Positions 37,398-47,702 of a stretch of 64,000 nucleotides of DNA are shown here, piece after piece. Position 1 is the stretch's first letter, and the number at the start of each line of letters is the position of its first letter. The notes beneath the pieces were generated by a model. The model searched no databases, was not told the DNA's origin, and saw nothing but the letters and a program-made list of their open reading frames with translations. Source of the DNA: Microgenomates group bacterium Gr01-1014_7 (lineage in GTDB: Bacteria > Patescibacteriota > Microgenomatia > Daviesbacterales > UBA10151); the NCBI GenBank assembly GCA_007376405.1, contig VMGD01000005.1, forward strand, positions 2,372 to 66,371, read 5' to 3'. A program made the translations under genes and the position numbers.

Positions 37398-38811
37398 ATC
37401 CTACTCCATGAAAATCTTTTGTCTCAGAAATCTTATAACCCAAACTCTTAAGTTTCCCATCAACCAATCTATCAGGATCACTAATTTCAACTAAATAATC
37501 AACTAAAAATATATCTTTTGAACTCTGAGAAATATCTTCCAGATTAATTAAATCCTTGTTACTTCCAGCAGGGAATTCTTTCAATGCCCCCAAAGCATTA
37601 ATACTATTTTTGGCATAATAATCAAAAGGAGGTAAGGTACCTGAACTTTCAAATAAGACCTGGGAATTTTTCATAGATTTTAGGTAATTCACAACTCCTC
37701 TCCAATCTTCTCTTTGATATGAGCTATTAAACAAATAAACCGAGGCTGAGAATAATTGAACTGACAAAACTGCCCCTAAAAATAAATACCTTAGTTTAGA
37801 TTGAAATGAAATAATACCCAAGGAAGTTAAAATAATAAAGGCCGGAAGAGTAAAGAGCATCCTAAAGTAACTGTATATAGGCACTGCAATTGAAATAACA
37901 GTTGCTAAAATTATGGGGATAGATATCCAGAATATAAGTAATTTTCTTTCAAAATTTTTGATAGATTTTATTCCTCCTAAGATAAGGTATGAAAATAAAA
38001 CACTAACCGGTAATAAGACTATTGCATAAATTAGTTTATCAGGATAACTTATCCTTCCAATTACAAATTTGATAAAAGTTAGCGGTACGGCTTTAAAATC
38101 AAATCCTCCTACAATAAACTTCCATACTGGTAAATGAGCTGATGCTACTGATCCAACATTTAATTGATCCAAAAAAACTGGTACCCACCAAACCCCTAGT
38201 AAAATTGCCAGACTTAATCCTGTCAGCCATCTTTTAATAATTTTCTTTTGTTTAAGAAGTAACAAAAAAATCAGTTGGGCGGGGAAAATAAGATAGGCAA
38301 CATAATCTGAGGATAATATAAGTAGATTACCAATTATTAAAATAAATAAATTTAATTTTTCTTCTTTGACTAATTTGATTAAAAGAAAAAAGTTTAAGGC
38401 AACAGCTAGAGTAGCCAGGGCATACATTCTGGCTTCTTGGCTATAATATATATGCAGAGGATTAACGGATAAAAGTAATGCAGCTATTATCCCAAGTTCT
38501 TTGGAGATTAATTTCTTGCCTATCAAGTAAATTATCCATATAGTTAAAACTCCAAAAATTACAGAGGGCATTCTGACTGCGATTTCAGAGTAACCAAAAA
38601 GTTTCCCCCAAAACCATAAAATTATAAACCAACCAGGTGGATGAAAATCGGCCCTGGCATATTGGGTTACTAAATCTACTAAAGAATAACTTTTAACAGC
38701 CAAGGTATTAATTGCTTCATCCAACCAAAGACTTTGATTTAAACTAAAAGATCGGAGTATTAATCCTAAAATTAAAATAATCCATATCATTTGTTTTGCT
38801 CCAATTCCCAA
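37372..38811 (-). CDS. GT-C glycosyltransferase family 39/83-like (ArnT/PMT-type)
   Basis: First periplasmic loop SLWLDEAINT (DE motif), ...NPLHIYYSQEARMYAL, 479 aa, polytopic. Confidence 0.65.
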   Translation of the reverse strand: MGIGAKQMIWIILILGLILRSFSLNQSLWLDEAINTLAVKSYSLVDLVTQYARADFHPPGWFIILWFWGKLFGYSEIAVRMPSVIFGVLTIWIIYLIGKKLISKELGIIAALLLSVNPLHIYYSQEARMYALATLAVALNFFLLIKLVKEEKLNLFILIIGNLLILSSDYVAYLIFPAQLIFLLLLKQKKIIKRWLTGLSLAILLGVWWVPVFLDQLNVGSVASAHLPVWKFIVGGFDFKAVPLTFIKFVIGRISYPDKLIYAIVLLPVSVLFSYLILGGIKSIKNFERKLLIFWISIPIILATVISIAVPIYSYFRMLFTLPAFIILTSLGIISFQSKLRYLFLGAVLSVQLFSASVYLFNSSYQREDWRGVVNYLKSMKNSQVLFESSGTLPPFDYYAKNSINALGALKEFPAGSNKDLINLEDISQSSKDIFLVDYLVEISDPDRLVDGKLKSLGYKISETKDFHGVGFVYHYVKE

Positions 38812-39542
38812 AGTTTAATCAAAACTTGCAATTGATAAACCATCATTAAAAAAGTTAGGGACAAACCTAAAAAACCATCTAAAAATCCTGCATGTCTTAT
38901 GTATCTAACTATAAATTCCCTGAAGGGGTTCCAGAAAAAACTAAACCATGAAAATCTGACGCCCGACTCATATAAATTTTGAGCTTTAATGGTTGAGTAT
39001 CTACTCTGCCTATCAATAAATTGTTCTATGCTCTGATAACCAAAGTGTATAATTGCCAAATCCTCTCTTGCAGGTAAATCTAAAACTTTTCCATCAACCC
39101 TGGGATAAAAATGAATTCTGTCTTCCCATTTAACTTTTCCTTTTTTAAAAAATCTAACATGTCTATCCGGCCACCAATTAGTATGAGCAATCCATTTACC
39201 AAAGAAAATATTTTTCCTGGGGATATTAACTGCTGCATATTTATCTTCTAAGGTTACATCTTTTAACTTTTTTGCTAAATCATCTGTAATTTGTTCATCA
39301 GGATCCAATACTAAAATCCAATCTCCATTTGCCTTGGATACGGCAAAATTTCTGATGATCTCAACATATGGCACAAATTTGTGTTGTATAAAAATTGCAT
39401 TAAATTTTTTTGCCACTTGTTGAGATTGATCTGTAGACCCCAAATCCACTACCAATATTTCATCTGCAAAATTCTGTACACTTTTTAAACAGTCCTCCAG
39501 TTTATTACTCTGATTATAATTAATTACTACTGTTGAAATCAT
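38787..39542 (-). CDS. Glycosyltransferase family 2
   Basis: MISTVVINYNQSNKLEDCLKSV...VVDLGSTDQS...DWILVLDPDEQ (GT-A fold, DXD). Confidence 0.75.
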   Translation of the reverse strand: MISTVVINYNQSNKLEDCLKSVQNFADEILVVDLGSTDQSQQVAKKFNAIFIQHKFVPYVEIIRNFAVSKANGDWILVLDPDEQITDDLAKKLKDVTLEDKYAAVNIPRKNIFFGKWIAHTNWWPDRHVRFFKKGKVKWEDRIHFYPRVDGKVLDLPAREDLAIIHFGYQSIEQFIDRQSRYSTIKAQNLYESGVRFSWFSFFWNPFREFIVRYIRHAGFLDGFLGLSLTFLMMVYQLQVLIKLWELEQNK

Positions 39543-40477
39543 AATAAACCCTCAAAGGCCTCCTCATATTGTTTAGCAATTTTTTCCCAGGAAAACTTTT
39601 TTGCCTGGTTTAAAGCTTTTTCCCCCCAATTCATATTCAGTGCTTTGTCAATCGCCTGAGCGTATTTTTGCGGATTTGATACATCAGTTAATATTCCTGC
39701 TTCTCCTATTATCTCACTTCTGTCTGAATCATCAGGGGCAACAATCCCTAAACCTGATGCCATTGCCTCAAGATAAACTATCCCAAATGCTTCCCTATCC
39801 CAAGAGGGGAGTGTGAAAAGATCGCATGACCTGTAAACCTTTGGCATTTCTTCATATGAATAGGAAGAGATTTTAAATCTATCTGGTAGTAACTTCTCTC
39901 CCTTTTTTTGTAAATCTTCTTTTAAGGGTCCCTCCCCGATTATTAAAACCGATCCTTTATTTAGTCTTGATACGGCTTCTATGACTCTTTCATGATGTTT
40001 ATACCAAACTAGAGCTCCTACAGATAAAATAATCGGCTTAGGCAGAGAAATTTTTATTGCCTCCCCAAATGGTGTAAACTTTTCTAAATCTATACCATTG
40101 GGAATTTTTACCACCCTTGATCCCCAGGCATATTTTTTTGCCCATTTTGTTAAATCATCAGTCAAAGCCACAAAAACATCAGGCTTAACCAAGATATTTA
40201 AAATATCATCCCAACCTCTTCCGCTATGACCTGTAATCAACATTTTACAACCGCCCAATAATCTTCCCACCGATATCTTTAAACTCTGCATTCTGCCATT
40301 AATTGGAATAACTACCTGTGGTTTAAAACTTAAAACCTTAGATAAAGAATCCGCATCACTGCCAGAAAATACTTTTACTTCGTGATTGTTGGATAATCTT
40401 TCCGATATTTCAAAGACAAAGGTTTCAGCACCTCTATCCATAATATTTTGATATCTGCTTAGAAAAGCTATTTTCAT
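39539..40477 (-). CDS. Glycosyltransferase family 4
   Basis: C-terminal REAFGIVYLEAMASGLGIVAPDDSDRSEIIGEAG. Confidence 0.75.
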   Translation of the reverse strand: MKIAFLSRYQNIMDRGAETFVFEISERLSNNHEVKVFSGSDADSLSKVLSFKPQVVIPINGRMQSLKISVGRLLGGCKMLITGHSGRGWDDILNILVKPDVFVALTDDLTKWAKKYAWGSRVVKIPNGIDLEKFTPFGEAIKISLPKPIILSVGALVWYKHHERVIEAVSRLNKGSVLIIGEGPLKEDLQKKGEKLLPDRFKISSYSYEEMPKVYRSCDLFTLPSWDREAFGIVYLEAMASGLGIVAPDDSDRSEIIGEAGILTDVSNPQKYAQAIDKALNMNWGEKALNQAKKFSWEKIAKQYEEAFEGLL

Positions 40478-41187
40478 TAGTCTGTGAATCTATATTTTAT
40501 TAAAGCCCATACTGCAAAAATTCCATCCAGCCAGCCAATTTTTTTACCTTCTTTATAAGTTCTGGGTTTTACTTTAATTGGAACCTCAACAATATCATAA
40601 CCTAACTTTAGAACTTTAGCAGTTATCTCAGGTTCGAATTCAAAACGGTTAGACTTAAGATTAATTTCCTTTAAAACATCACTACTTATAAGTTTGTAGC
40701 ATGTCTCCATATCAGTAAGGGACGATCCATACAATAAATTTACGAGTCCTGTTAGGCATTTGTTAGCTATCAAATGCATCGGGAGAACAGTTTTATCTAT
40801 ACCCCACAGTTTTAATGGGTAATCAATTAATCTTGTCCCATAAACCACTTTAGCTTTACTTTCTAATACTGGTTTTAATAATTTCGGATAATCATTTGGA
40901 TCATACTCCAAATCAGCATCCTGAATAATAATTAAATCTCCAAGTGCTCTACTGATACCAACTCTTACAGCAACTCCTTTACCCAAATTTCTATCTTGAT
41001 AAATATATTCAAATTTAATATTTTTTATAGATTTAAGGATTTTAGATGTCCCGTCATTAGAACAGTCATCAACAACAATTATTTCTTTCACCACACCATT
41101 TGGCAGTTTTACTCTATATACCCTTTCCAAAAGTTGCTTTATAGTTTTTTCCTCATTAAAAACTGGGATTATAACTGATAGAATCAT
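40477..41187 (-). CDS. GT2 polyprenyl-phosphate glycosyltransferase (DPM1/ArnC/GtrB-like lipid-linked sugar donor synthase)
   Basis: MILSVIIPVFNEEKTI...VVDDCSNDGT...GKGVAVRVG...IQDADLEYDP; a short soluble GT2 of about 236 aa. Confidence 0.7.
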   Translation of the reverse strand: MILSVIIPVFNEEKTIKQLLERVYRVKLPNGVVKEIIVVDDCSNDGTSKILKSIKNIKFEYIYQDRNLGKGVAVRVGISRALGDLIIIQDADLEYDPNDYPKLLKPVLESKAKVVYGTRLIDYPLKLWGIDKTVLPMHLIANKCLTGLVNLLYGSSLTDMETCYKLISSDVLKEINLKSNRFEFEPEITAKVLKLGYDIVEVPIKVKPRTYKEGKKIGWLDGIFAVWALIKYRFTD

Positions 41188-41876
41188 GGCTTTTGAGCTA
41201 TTACTAAAATTGATGTACCAAGTGGTGGTTCAAAAAGATTTTCCAAAGGTAGATAAAAGGGTGCTATTAGATTAAATAATGCGATATTTCCTTTTTTAAC
41301 TTTATTATCTTTTAAAACATTCGAGAAAAACCACCAGCCTAATGCTCCAAGTAAATTTATTTTTCTATTTTTGATTATTTTAAAACCTGCAGCTATAAGT
41401 TTATTAATAATCTCTTCGGCCTCATAGCGTCTGTAGTGTCCAATTGATTCATCGATTTTCCCGTATAAAAATTTATGAGCCGGAACAAGTAAAATTAAAT
41501 GTCCTCCTCTTTTTAAGAATTGGCATAGATTCTTAAGCGATTTTCTATCATTTTCTATATGCTCCAATACATTGATACAAACAATGCTATCGAAATCGAA
41601 ATCTTTAAAAAAATATTTTCCCTTTTCAATATCTCCAAAACCTACATTTGCAATATTACCGACTAATTTTTTTGTTTCCTTCAGATAATCATCTCTTATG
41701 TCGATTGCCACAACTTCCCCGTACTTCGTAAGAGTCTTTGTAAAATTACCTATACCGCAACCAACTTCCAAAATTTTTCCAAAAAGATAATTATCAAACA
41801 AATCCAAAGTCCATTGGTTATACCAAGCCGCTTGACTCATGGATTCTAAAGTTGCTGCACCTGCAATATTTTTCAT
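41184..41876 (-). CDS. Class I SAM-dependent methyltransferase
   Basis: Motif I ILEVGCGIGNF and motif II-like ...DSIVCINVLEHI. Confidence 0.75.
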   Translation of the reverse strand: MKNIAGAATLESMSQAAWYNQWTLDLFDNYLFGKILEVGCGIGNFTKTLTKYGEVVAIDIRDDYLKETKKLVGNIANVGFGDIEKGKYFFKDFDFDSIVCINVLEHIENDRKSLKNLCQFLKRGGHLILLVPAHKFLYGKIDESIGHYRRYEAEEIINKLIAAGFKIIKNRKINLLGALGWWFFSNVLKDNKVKKGNIALFNLIAPFYLPLENLFEPPLGTSILVIAQKP

Positions 41877-42670
41877 TTTAATTTCCTTTTAATTTTCCTT
41901 AGAGACGATAATAATTTTGCCTTTATTAGGTCAATGCCGGATATTTTATTAAAAGGAGCTGGAACTATTTCTGGATGAGGTTTATAAAAAATTTCAGGTA
42001 ACTTATCATTTGGAAAATCTTGACCTAATTCAGATTTATATTTATCATATTTTCTTTTTACGCTGGAGCGTTTTAGGTGCGTAACATGTAAATAAGGCGC
42101 ATCTAAAAAAATAATTTTTTCTCTTTCCTGTACAGGTAAATTATTTTCGTCAAGATAACTTTCTTTGCCATATGGCCAATCAACATGCAAACCGGTTATT
42201 TTTTTATTTATTGCCCTTAGGCTGTAATGTCCAACTCTCCCTAAAAGATTATATTTACCAGCCTTTTCCTCTTGAGAGTGATAAATATCGCCAATAGATA
42301 CAACCATTGGTACAACTATCCCATCAATTTTTTCTCCCTTTTTTTTAATCTCATCTTTTAATAATGTTATAGATTTTTCCCACCATATTTCATCGCCATC
42401 TAAGACTAGTATCCAATCAGCCTGTGAAACATCTAGCATTTCCTGTCTAACCTTAGGAAATTCATTTGTATCAACTTCTCCAACTTGCTTAAGAATTATT
42501 TTATTTACCTTAAGAGCGATTATCTTTTTAATTATTTCAACTGTTTTATCTGTAGATCCAGTGTCATAAATTAAAACTTTATCTACATGATCAATAACGC
42601 TCATTACTGAAAACCAGATAAAATTTTCTTCATTATTAACAATCGTATTTACCCAAATTGTTTTCTTCAT
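41873..42670 (-). CDS. Glycosyltransferase family 2-like
   Basis: ...VLIYDTGSTDKT...WILVLDGDEIW (GT-A DXD). Confidence 0.6.
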   Translation of the reverse strand: MKKTIWVNTIVNNEENFIWFSVMSVIDHVDKVLIYDTGSTDKTVEIIKKIIALKVNKIILKQVGEVDTNEFPKVRQEMLDVSQADWILVLDGDEIWWEKSITLLKDEIKKKGEKIDGIVVPMVVSIGDIYHSQEEKAGKYNLLGRVGHYSLRAINKKITGLHVDWPYGKESYLDENNLPVQEREKIIFLDAPYLHVTHLKRSSVKRKYDKYKSELGQDFPNDKLPEIFYKPHPEIVPAPFNKISGIDLIKAKLLSSLRKIKRKLK

Positions 42671-42682
42671 CTTAAAAACCTT

Positions 42683-44197
42683 TCATTCTTTTTCTAGAAT
42701 ATAAGCTGTAAACCCTCTATTAACTATCTTATAAGCTTTTTGGATATCATAACCATAATCAAGAGGTGCATTAGTTTCAGAAACAATAACAGTATATTGG
42801 GCCTTTTTATCCGTAATTTCCTCAGGATACAGCCAACCTAGAACCGGATCAGTAGAACTCCTCTCGGGTCTTTTGCCATAAATGGAAAAGAGATAACGCC
42901 AACCCTCGTATTTATGACAAATACCATTTTCATAAAGCTCAAACGGTTGATCAACAATTACTCCCATTACTTTAGAAATTAATTCTTTCTTAGTCTTAAA
43001 ACTAAAATCCATGTTAGTATCCATAATAGTGTATATTCCTAGTACTGGAAATGATAGCACTATCCCTACCATTATAATCGCACCCCAGTGTTTAACGTTT
43101 TGTAACAGAATACCTGGTAAGAATAGAAATAATGGAAAAAATCCTAATAAATAATATTCAAAAGCTCCTCCGGGAAAAAGCAAAAATGGGATTATTATTA
43201 CTAAAATCGAAAGTGCCAAAAGTCTATGTAGCCTCTCCTTCCATGTCACTCTTTTTGTTAGAAACCAACCAAGAAGTACCAAAGATGCAGTTGATAATAA
43301 AACACTTGGTTTGGTTCTGGTAGATGTAGTATTATCACATGCGAAAGGTATTTCATCAGAAATTACTGAACCAGGATTTAAGTACCATAATCTGCCAAGG
43401 CTTTCGAATAAAGATTTTGAGTGTACCTGTAAGTTTATATAAAAAGGCTTTGTATTAATTATCTTGAGTAATCTGAAAGGTACGGTAATATTACTCCATT
43501 TATGGAAATAGTCAAAGGCAATTAATGGGGAAACTATCATAAGAAATACAATGAAACTGATAACAACAACTTTCTTCGACAAGGTTTTTCTATCTCTAAT
43601 CAAAAAGTAAAATCCAATCAGTCCAAAAAAAATTAATGATAGGTGTGTATGAAATACTAATCCATATGCTGCTGCAAAGAAAATCCACCATTTGTCAGAA
43701 TATCTAGTTTGATATAAGGAAAATAGCATAATTAAAGAGAGTGATGGCACTAAGGTAGGTGTTAGATATTTCCTGTCAAAGAAGACCATCAGAGGTAGCG
43801 ATGCATACAGAAGACTGGCTATTAACCCTACTTTTACACCGAATAACTTTTTACCAACAAAAAATATGAGTAGTGTAGTTAAAACGCCAATTGTGGATGC
43901 TACAAAACCAGTGATTAGAGGGTCGCCTTTTGATAAAAATAACCAAAAGGCAGTAAAGTAAACCCAGAAAGGCCCAAGATAAAAATCCAAATTAGCTGCA
44001 CTTACACCTATCCAAATTATATGAAAATCCTTCACTATCGTCATTGCCAAAGCTGTTTGGTGCTCTTCATCAGCCCCAAAAATAAATAAATCTTGTAAAT
44101 TATAAAATCTTAAAAATATTGATAGAGCTAAGATTAAAATAATAAGGATAACTAGATATTTAGAACTCATTGTTTGCATATTCTTTTTGCAACTCAT
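42683..44197 (-). CDS. GT-C-type integral-membrane glycosyltransferase (ArnT-like)
   Basis: 504 aa, polytopic, first loop FGADEEHQTALAM (D/E-E motif), with a C-terminal soluble domain. Confidence 0.55.
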   Translation of the reverse strand: MSCKKNMQTMSSKYLVILIILILALSIFLRFYNLQDLFIFGADEEHQTALAMTIVKDFHIIWIGVSAANLDFYLGPFWVYFTAFWLFLSKGDPLITGFVASTIGVLTTLLIFFVGKKLFGVKVGLIASLLYASLPLMVFFDRKYLTPTLVPSLSLIMLFSLYQTRYSDKWWIFFAAAYGLVFHTHLSLIFFGLIGFYFLIRDRKTLSKKVVVISFIVFLMIVSPLIAFDYFHKWSNITVPFRLLKIINTKPFYINLQVHSKSLFESLGRLWYLNPGSVISDEIPFACDNTTSTRTKPSVLLSTASLVLLGWFLTKRVTWKERLHRLLALSILVIIIPFLLFPGGAFEYYLLGFFPLFLFLPGILLQNVKHWGAIIMVGIVLSFPVLGIYTIMDTNMDFSFKTKKELISKVMGVIVDQPFELYENGICHKYEGWRYLFSIYGKRPERSSTDPVLGWLYPEEITDKKAQYTVIVSETNAPLDYGYDIQKAYKIVNRGFTAYILEKE

Positions 44198-45785
44198 CTA
44201 AAATTTCCTGTTCGAAAGTTAACGAGGTATTATTCAATATTGTTGCTTGAATATTTCCTATTCTTTCTCGACCATAAATCTGATCTTTAAATTTGGTACT
44301 ACTAAACGGATCTTCAGAGGTATCGTGAAAGATAACTATTCTTTTCCCTTCTCCTTGATCGGGGTTAGTGGTGTATAGACTATGAGTTCTATATATCCAA
44401 TCCCATCCTCCATTTAGATGACTTCTGCTTGGATGATGATCTTTCCTAATAAAAAAGGTTGTCCATCCTCCATCAGTCATCCTTTTACCTCCATAGCCAT
44501 AAACAGAAAAAGAGGAATTTTCTATGTAGGGAATTATTCTATAAATCAATTCCATCTTCTGGGAAACTGGATATTTAAAAGTAGAATTAAAAAGGGAAAA
44601 AAGGTTAACAAAAATAAAACCCAAAAGAAAAACCCAACTAAATATTGCAGCCCTTGTCCTTAGTACTCTATCAAGTGTAAATGCAGCAAGCAGAATAAAT
44701 GTTGGAAAAATCGTTACAAAATAATGTTGATAAACTAAATACCCAGAAGTTACGCTGTATAAAATAATTCCTAAGAGGAATGCAAATAAAAAAATAAACA
44801 ATACTTTGATGCTATCTCTTAATTGCCTCTGATCATTGGCACGAATAAGCCAAAAAAGTGCATACAAAATAAAAGCAGTTGTTAAAACTTGCGGAAGAGG
44901 TGAAAAAGGTGGATTTGGATAAAATTTACAATAACAAAAATATTGGTCAATAGAATTAGATGCTGCTATAGCTATACTTCGACTGGTATTTTCTACAATG
45001 GCAAGTGGGTGTATTGATAATAGATTCATTACATTACTTAAAGATGATTCTGATCTAGACAGTAGGTGTAATATCAATGGACGAAAAATTGTTCCAGGGT
45101 GCCTTAGTTCAAAGATTAGTAATGGAAGAATAGCAAAAGTTAAGTATATCAAAGCAGGTATGTATTCTCTTCTTAAGATAGGTAAACGTAAAAAAATAAA
45201 GGATAAAAAAATTGCAACCAGTATTACAGCATTAGTAGGATCTGCTTGCCAAGCAAAACTTGCAGGTATAGCTAACATAAGTGCGTATTTATATTTCTTT
45301 CTTGTTAACTGAATAAGAGCTGCTATCGCCAAGATTGATAGTAGAGGATCCGGTGTTAAAGGCCAAAAACGTCTGTCAAAAAGCGATATCAGAAAAGATC
45401 CTCCGTAAAGAATCCCTGCAAAAAAACCCATTAAATGTCCAAGAATCATTCGACCCACAAAATATATTGCAACTGTAGTCACTATCCCTAAAGCAGAACC
45501 AAACAGTTGTACTAAAGAAGGGTTACTATTGGTCAAATAAAAGATAGGAACAGACAGCACATGAAAAAGGGATCCAATACTGCCGCCTATTTGAGCATTA
45601 GGAATTACCAAAGCGGGTTTTCCTTCAACTACCATTCTTCTTAAAATGGCATGCAATATTTCCTCATCCCCTGAAAAATATTGCAGATTATTAAAATTGT
45701 AAAACCGCATCAAACTTGAAAGAATAACCACTAATACAAAAAGAAAAATAGTTATATATTTGTTACCTAAAGATTGCATTTTCAT
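44160..45785 (-). CDS. GT-C-type integral-membrane glycosyltransferase (ArnT-like)
   Basis: 541 aa, polytopic, first loop FFSGDEEILHAIL, paralogous in architecture to 42683..44197. Confidence 0.5.
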   Translation of the reverse strand: MKMQSLGNKYITIFLFVLVVILSSLMRFYNFNNLQYFSGDEEILHAILRRMVVEGKPALVIPNAQIGGSIGSLFHVLSVPIFYLTNSNPSLVQLFGSALGIVTTVAIYFVGRMILGHLMGFFAGILYGGSFLISLFDRRFWPLTPDPLLSILAIAALIQLTRKKYKYALMLAIPASFAWQADPTNAVILVAIFLSFIFLRLPILRREYIPALIYLTFAILPLLIFELRHPGTIFRPLILHLLSRSESSLSNVMNLLSIHPLAIVENTSRSIAIAASNSIDQYFCYCKFYPNPPFSPLPQVLTTAFILYALFWLIRANDQRQLRDSIKVLFIFLFAFLLGIILYSVTSGYLVYQHYFVTIFPTFILLAAFTLDRVLRTRAAIFSWVFLLGFIFVNLFSLFNSTFKYPVSQKMELIYRIIPYIENSSFSVYGYGGKRMTDGGWTTFFIRKDHHPSRSHLNGGWDWIYRTHSLYTTNPDQGEGKRIVIFHDTSEDPFSSTKFKDQIYGRERIGNIQATILNNTSLTFEQEILDELQKEYANNEF

Positions 45786-45786
45786 C

Positions 45787-46485
45787 TTATGGTGATCCCT
45801 TTTTTAAAATAAAAATAACCTCCATACCAAAATGAGAGAAAATTTTTTTATCAAGTTTAAAGCCAGATAAGCTTAGTAATCTCTCAAGCTTATCGTGGTG
45901 AAAAGGATGTAAGTGTGCCCCTTGCCAAACCGTCCCTTTGGTATGTTCCCATATAAACCAAATAATCCTAAATAAAAAACTTCCTGAATCCATTGCTAAA
46001 ATTAATATCCCATCCTTATTTAGAACCCTTCTTAATTCTTGAAATACTGTAAGTGGGTTCTCTACATGCTCAATGGTCTCATAACAGATAATTAAATCAA
46101 AATTATTGGATGGAAATGGCAATTTATCTGCAGGTGCAACAAAAAATTTTATATCAGGATACATACTTTTAGCATATTCTATGGCCTTATCATAAACATC
46201 AACTCCAAAATACTTTCGATGAGGATAAGCTTTAGCAATTTCAGAAATCATATATCCACTAGCACAACCAACATCTAAACAATTTCTAAAATTTAAGTCT
46301 TTGAGTAATTTTTTAGCAATGTTAATTTTGTGTGTATGCCAAATCCATTGAAAAATATTATCTTTAACACCTCTCTGATAATATATTACCGGCACCTGAC
46401 TCCAGGTATTATAAAGTCTATGATTTTTCATATATTTTTTTAAGAAACCAAATAAACGGATACAGAAAATTAAAAATTGTACCAA
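45787..46485 (-). CDS. Class I SAM-dependent methyltransferase
   Basis: Motif I LDVGCASGYM and ...LIICYETIEHV. Confidence 0.7.
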   Translation of the reverse strand: MVQFLIFCIRLFGFLKKYMKNHRLYNTWSQVPVIYYQRGVKDNIFQWIWHTHKINIAKKLLKDLNFRNCLDVGCASGYMISEIAKAYPHRKYFGVDVYDKAIEYAKSMYPDIKFFVAPADKLPFPSNNFDLIICYETIEHVENPLTVFQELRRVLNKDGILILAMDSGSFLFRIIWFIWEHTKGTVWQGAHLHPFHHDKLERLLSLSGFKLDKKIFSHFGMEVIFILKKGSP

Positions 46486-47683
46486 TAAGTACTGTTATAG
46501 AAGCACCAACTATTCCATAATTTGAAATCAGCAAATATCCTAAACCCCCTATTATCAACAAATGCCCAATTGAAATCCAAATAAAAATATCCGGTCTGGC
46601 AAAATAAAAAATAACGCTAATATGTACCGGGACAGAGAATAAAAATACCAGCATGGCGAGAAATAAAAATATAAAAGGTATGACAGCTCCTTGATACCCT
46701 TGCCCGTAAATTATAGGAATGAGATATACCAAAAGAGGAATTGATAAAATCCCCAGTAAACATAAACCCGAAATTAACAACTGAAACTTTTTAAAATATG
46801 TCAGCATCTGATTTAAACTTTGAAAGCCGGCGAACTTTGGCGCAGCCACCAGTCCCAAAGCCGCAACCAGCTGAGGTACAACTTGCGCCAGTTGACTGGC
46901 AGCTCCATAAATGCCCACCTCTCTTGAAGAAAGCAAAGCAGCATTCAAAAAAGTATCCAGTCTGGCCGAGAAAGCGGAAATTATAGTGAATATAGCAACC
47001 GGAATATTATATTGTAAAAGAACTTTCGATAAACTAAATTCATTTCTGCTGGCAAATATTTTTCTGGCCGGAACAATTAACAAAGTTATTGCGAATCCGA
47101 ATAAGGGCAGTATTATATAAACAGCCAGGCTGCTTTCAACATTAAGCGCCAGGAAGTATCCTAAGACCAATATTAAAACCAGTCTTAAGAGGTTGGTTAA
47201 AACATTTACCACACTCCAGAGAAAATATTTTTGATATGCTTGAAGCATTGAGGTAGCAAAGGTAAAAAGAAGTGCCGCTCCTGCTCCAAATGCCACCAGG
47301 CGCAAAGGTAAAATAAGCTCCTCCTTATGAAAAACCTGGGTTGCCAGGAGAGGTGAAAGATAGAAAATTACAAAAAAAGATATCAGCCATGCTATCAATT
47401 TAATTTCCAAACTCAACTTCAAAAATCTGTAAGCTTTTTCGCTGTCTACTGCCAAATTGAGAGAAACAAAACGGACTAAACCCGTATTGGTTCCAATATC
47501 CGCTATATCCGCAATCAGCACAAGGCTAGCAAGGGAAACAGTCAATAACCCAAAATCCGAAGGACCCAAAAACCTTGCCAATACTATATAAAATAAAAAC
47601 CCCAATGCGCCATTTATAACTGTTCCCAAAATGGTAATTTGTGACTGCCTGAATGTGGCTGTTTTTAGTATAGATTTCCACAT
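46418..47683 (-). CDS. Wzx-like oligosaccharide flippase (MOP/polysaccharide biosynthesis protein family)
   Basis: 421 aa with about 12 TM helices; the N-terminus ...ILGTVINGALGFLFYIVLARFLGPSDFGLLTVSLA is typical of the PST family. Confidence 0.7.
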   Translation of the reverse strand: MWKSILKTATFRQSQITILGTVINGALGFLFYIVLARFLGPSDFGLLTVSLASLVLIADIADIGTNTGLVRFVSLNLAVDSEKAYRFLKLSLEIKLIAWLISFFVIFYLSPLLATQVFHKEELILPLRLVAFGAGAALLFTFATSMLQAYQKYFLWSVVNVLTNLLRLVLILVLGYFLALNVESSLAVYIILPLFGFAITLLIVPARKIFASRNEFSLSKVLLQYNIPVAIFTIISAFSARLDTFLNAALLSSREVGIYGAASQLAQVVPQLVAALGLVAAPKFAGFQSLNQMLTYFKKFQLLISGLCLLGILSIPLLVYLIPIIYGQGYQGAVIPFIFLFLAMLVFLFSVPVHISVIFYFARPDIFIWISIGHLLIIGGLGYLLISNYGIVGASITVLIGTIFNFLYPFIWFLKKIYEKS

Positions 47684-47702
47684 ATAGCCATTATAGAAGA
47701 AA

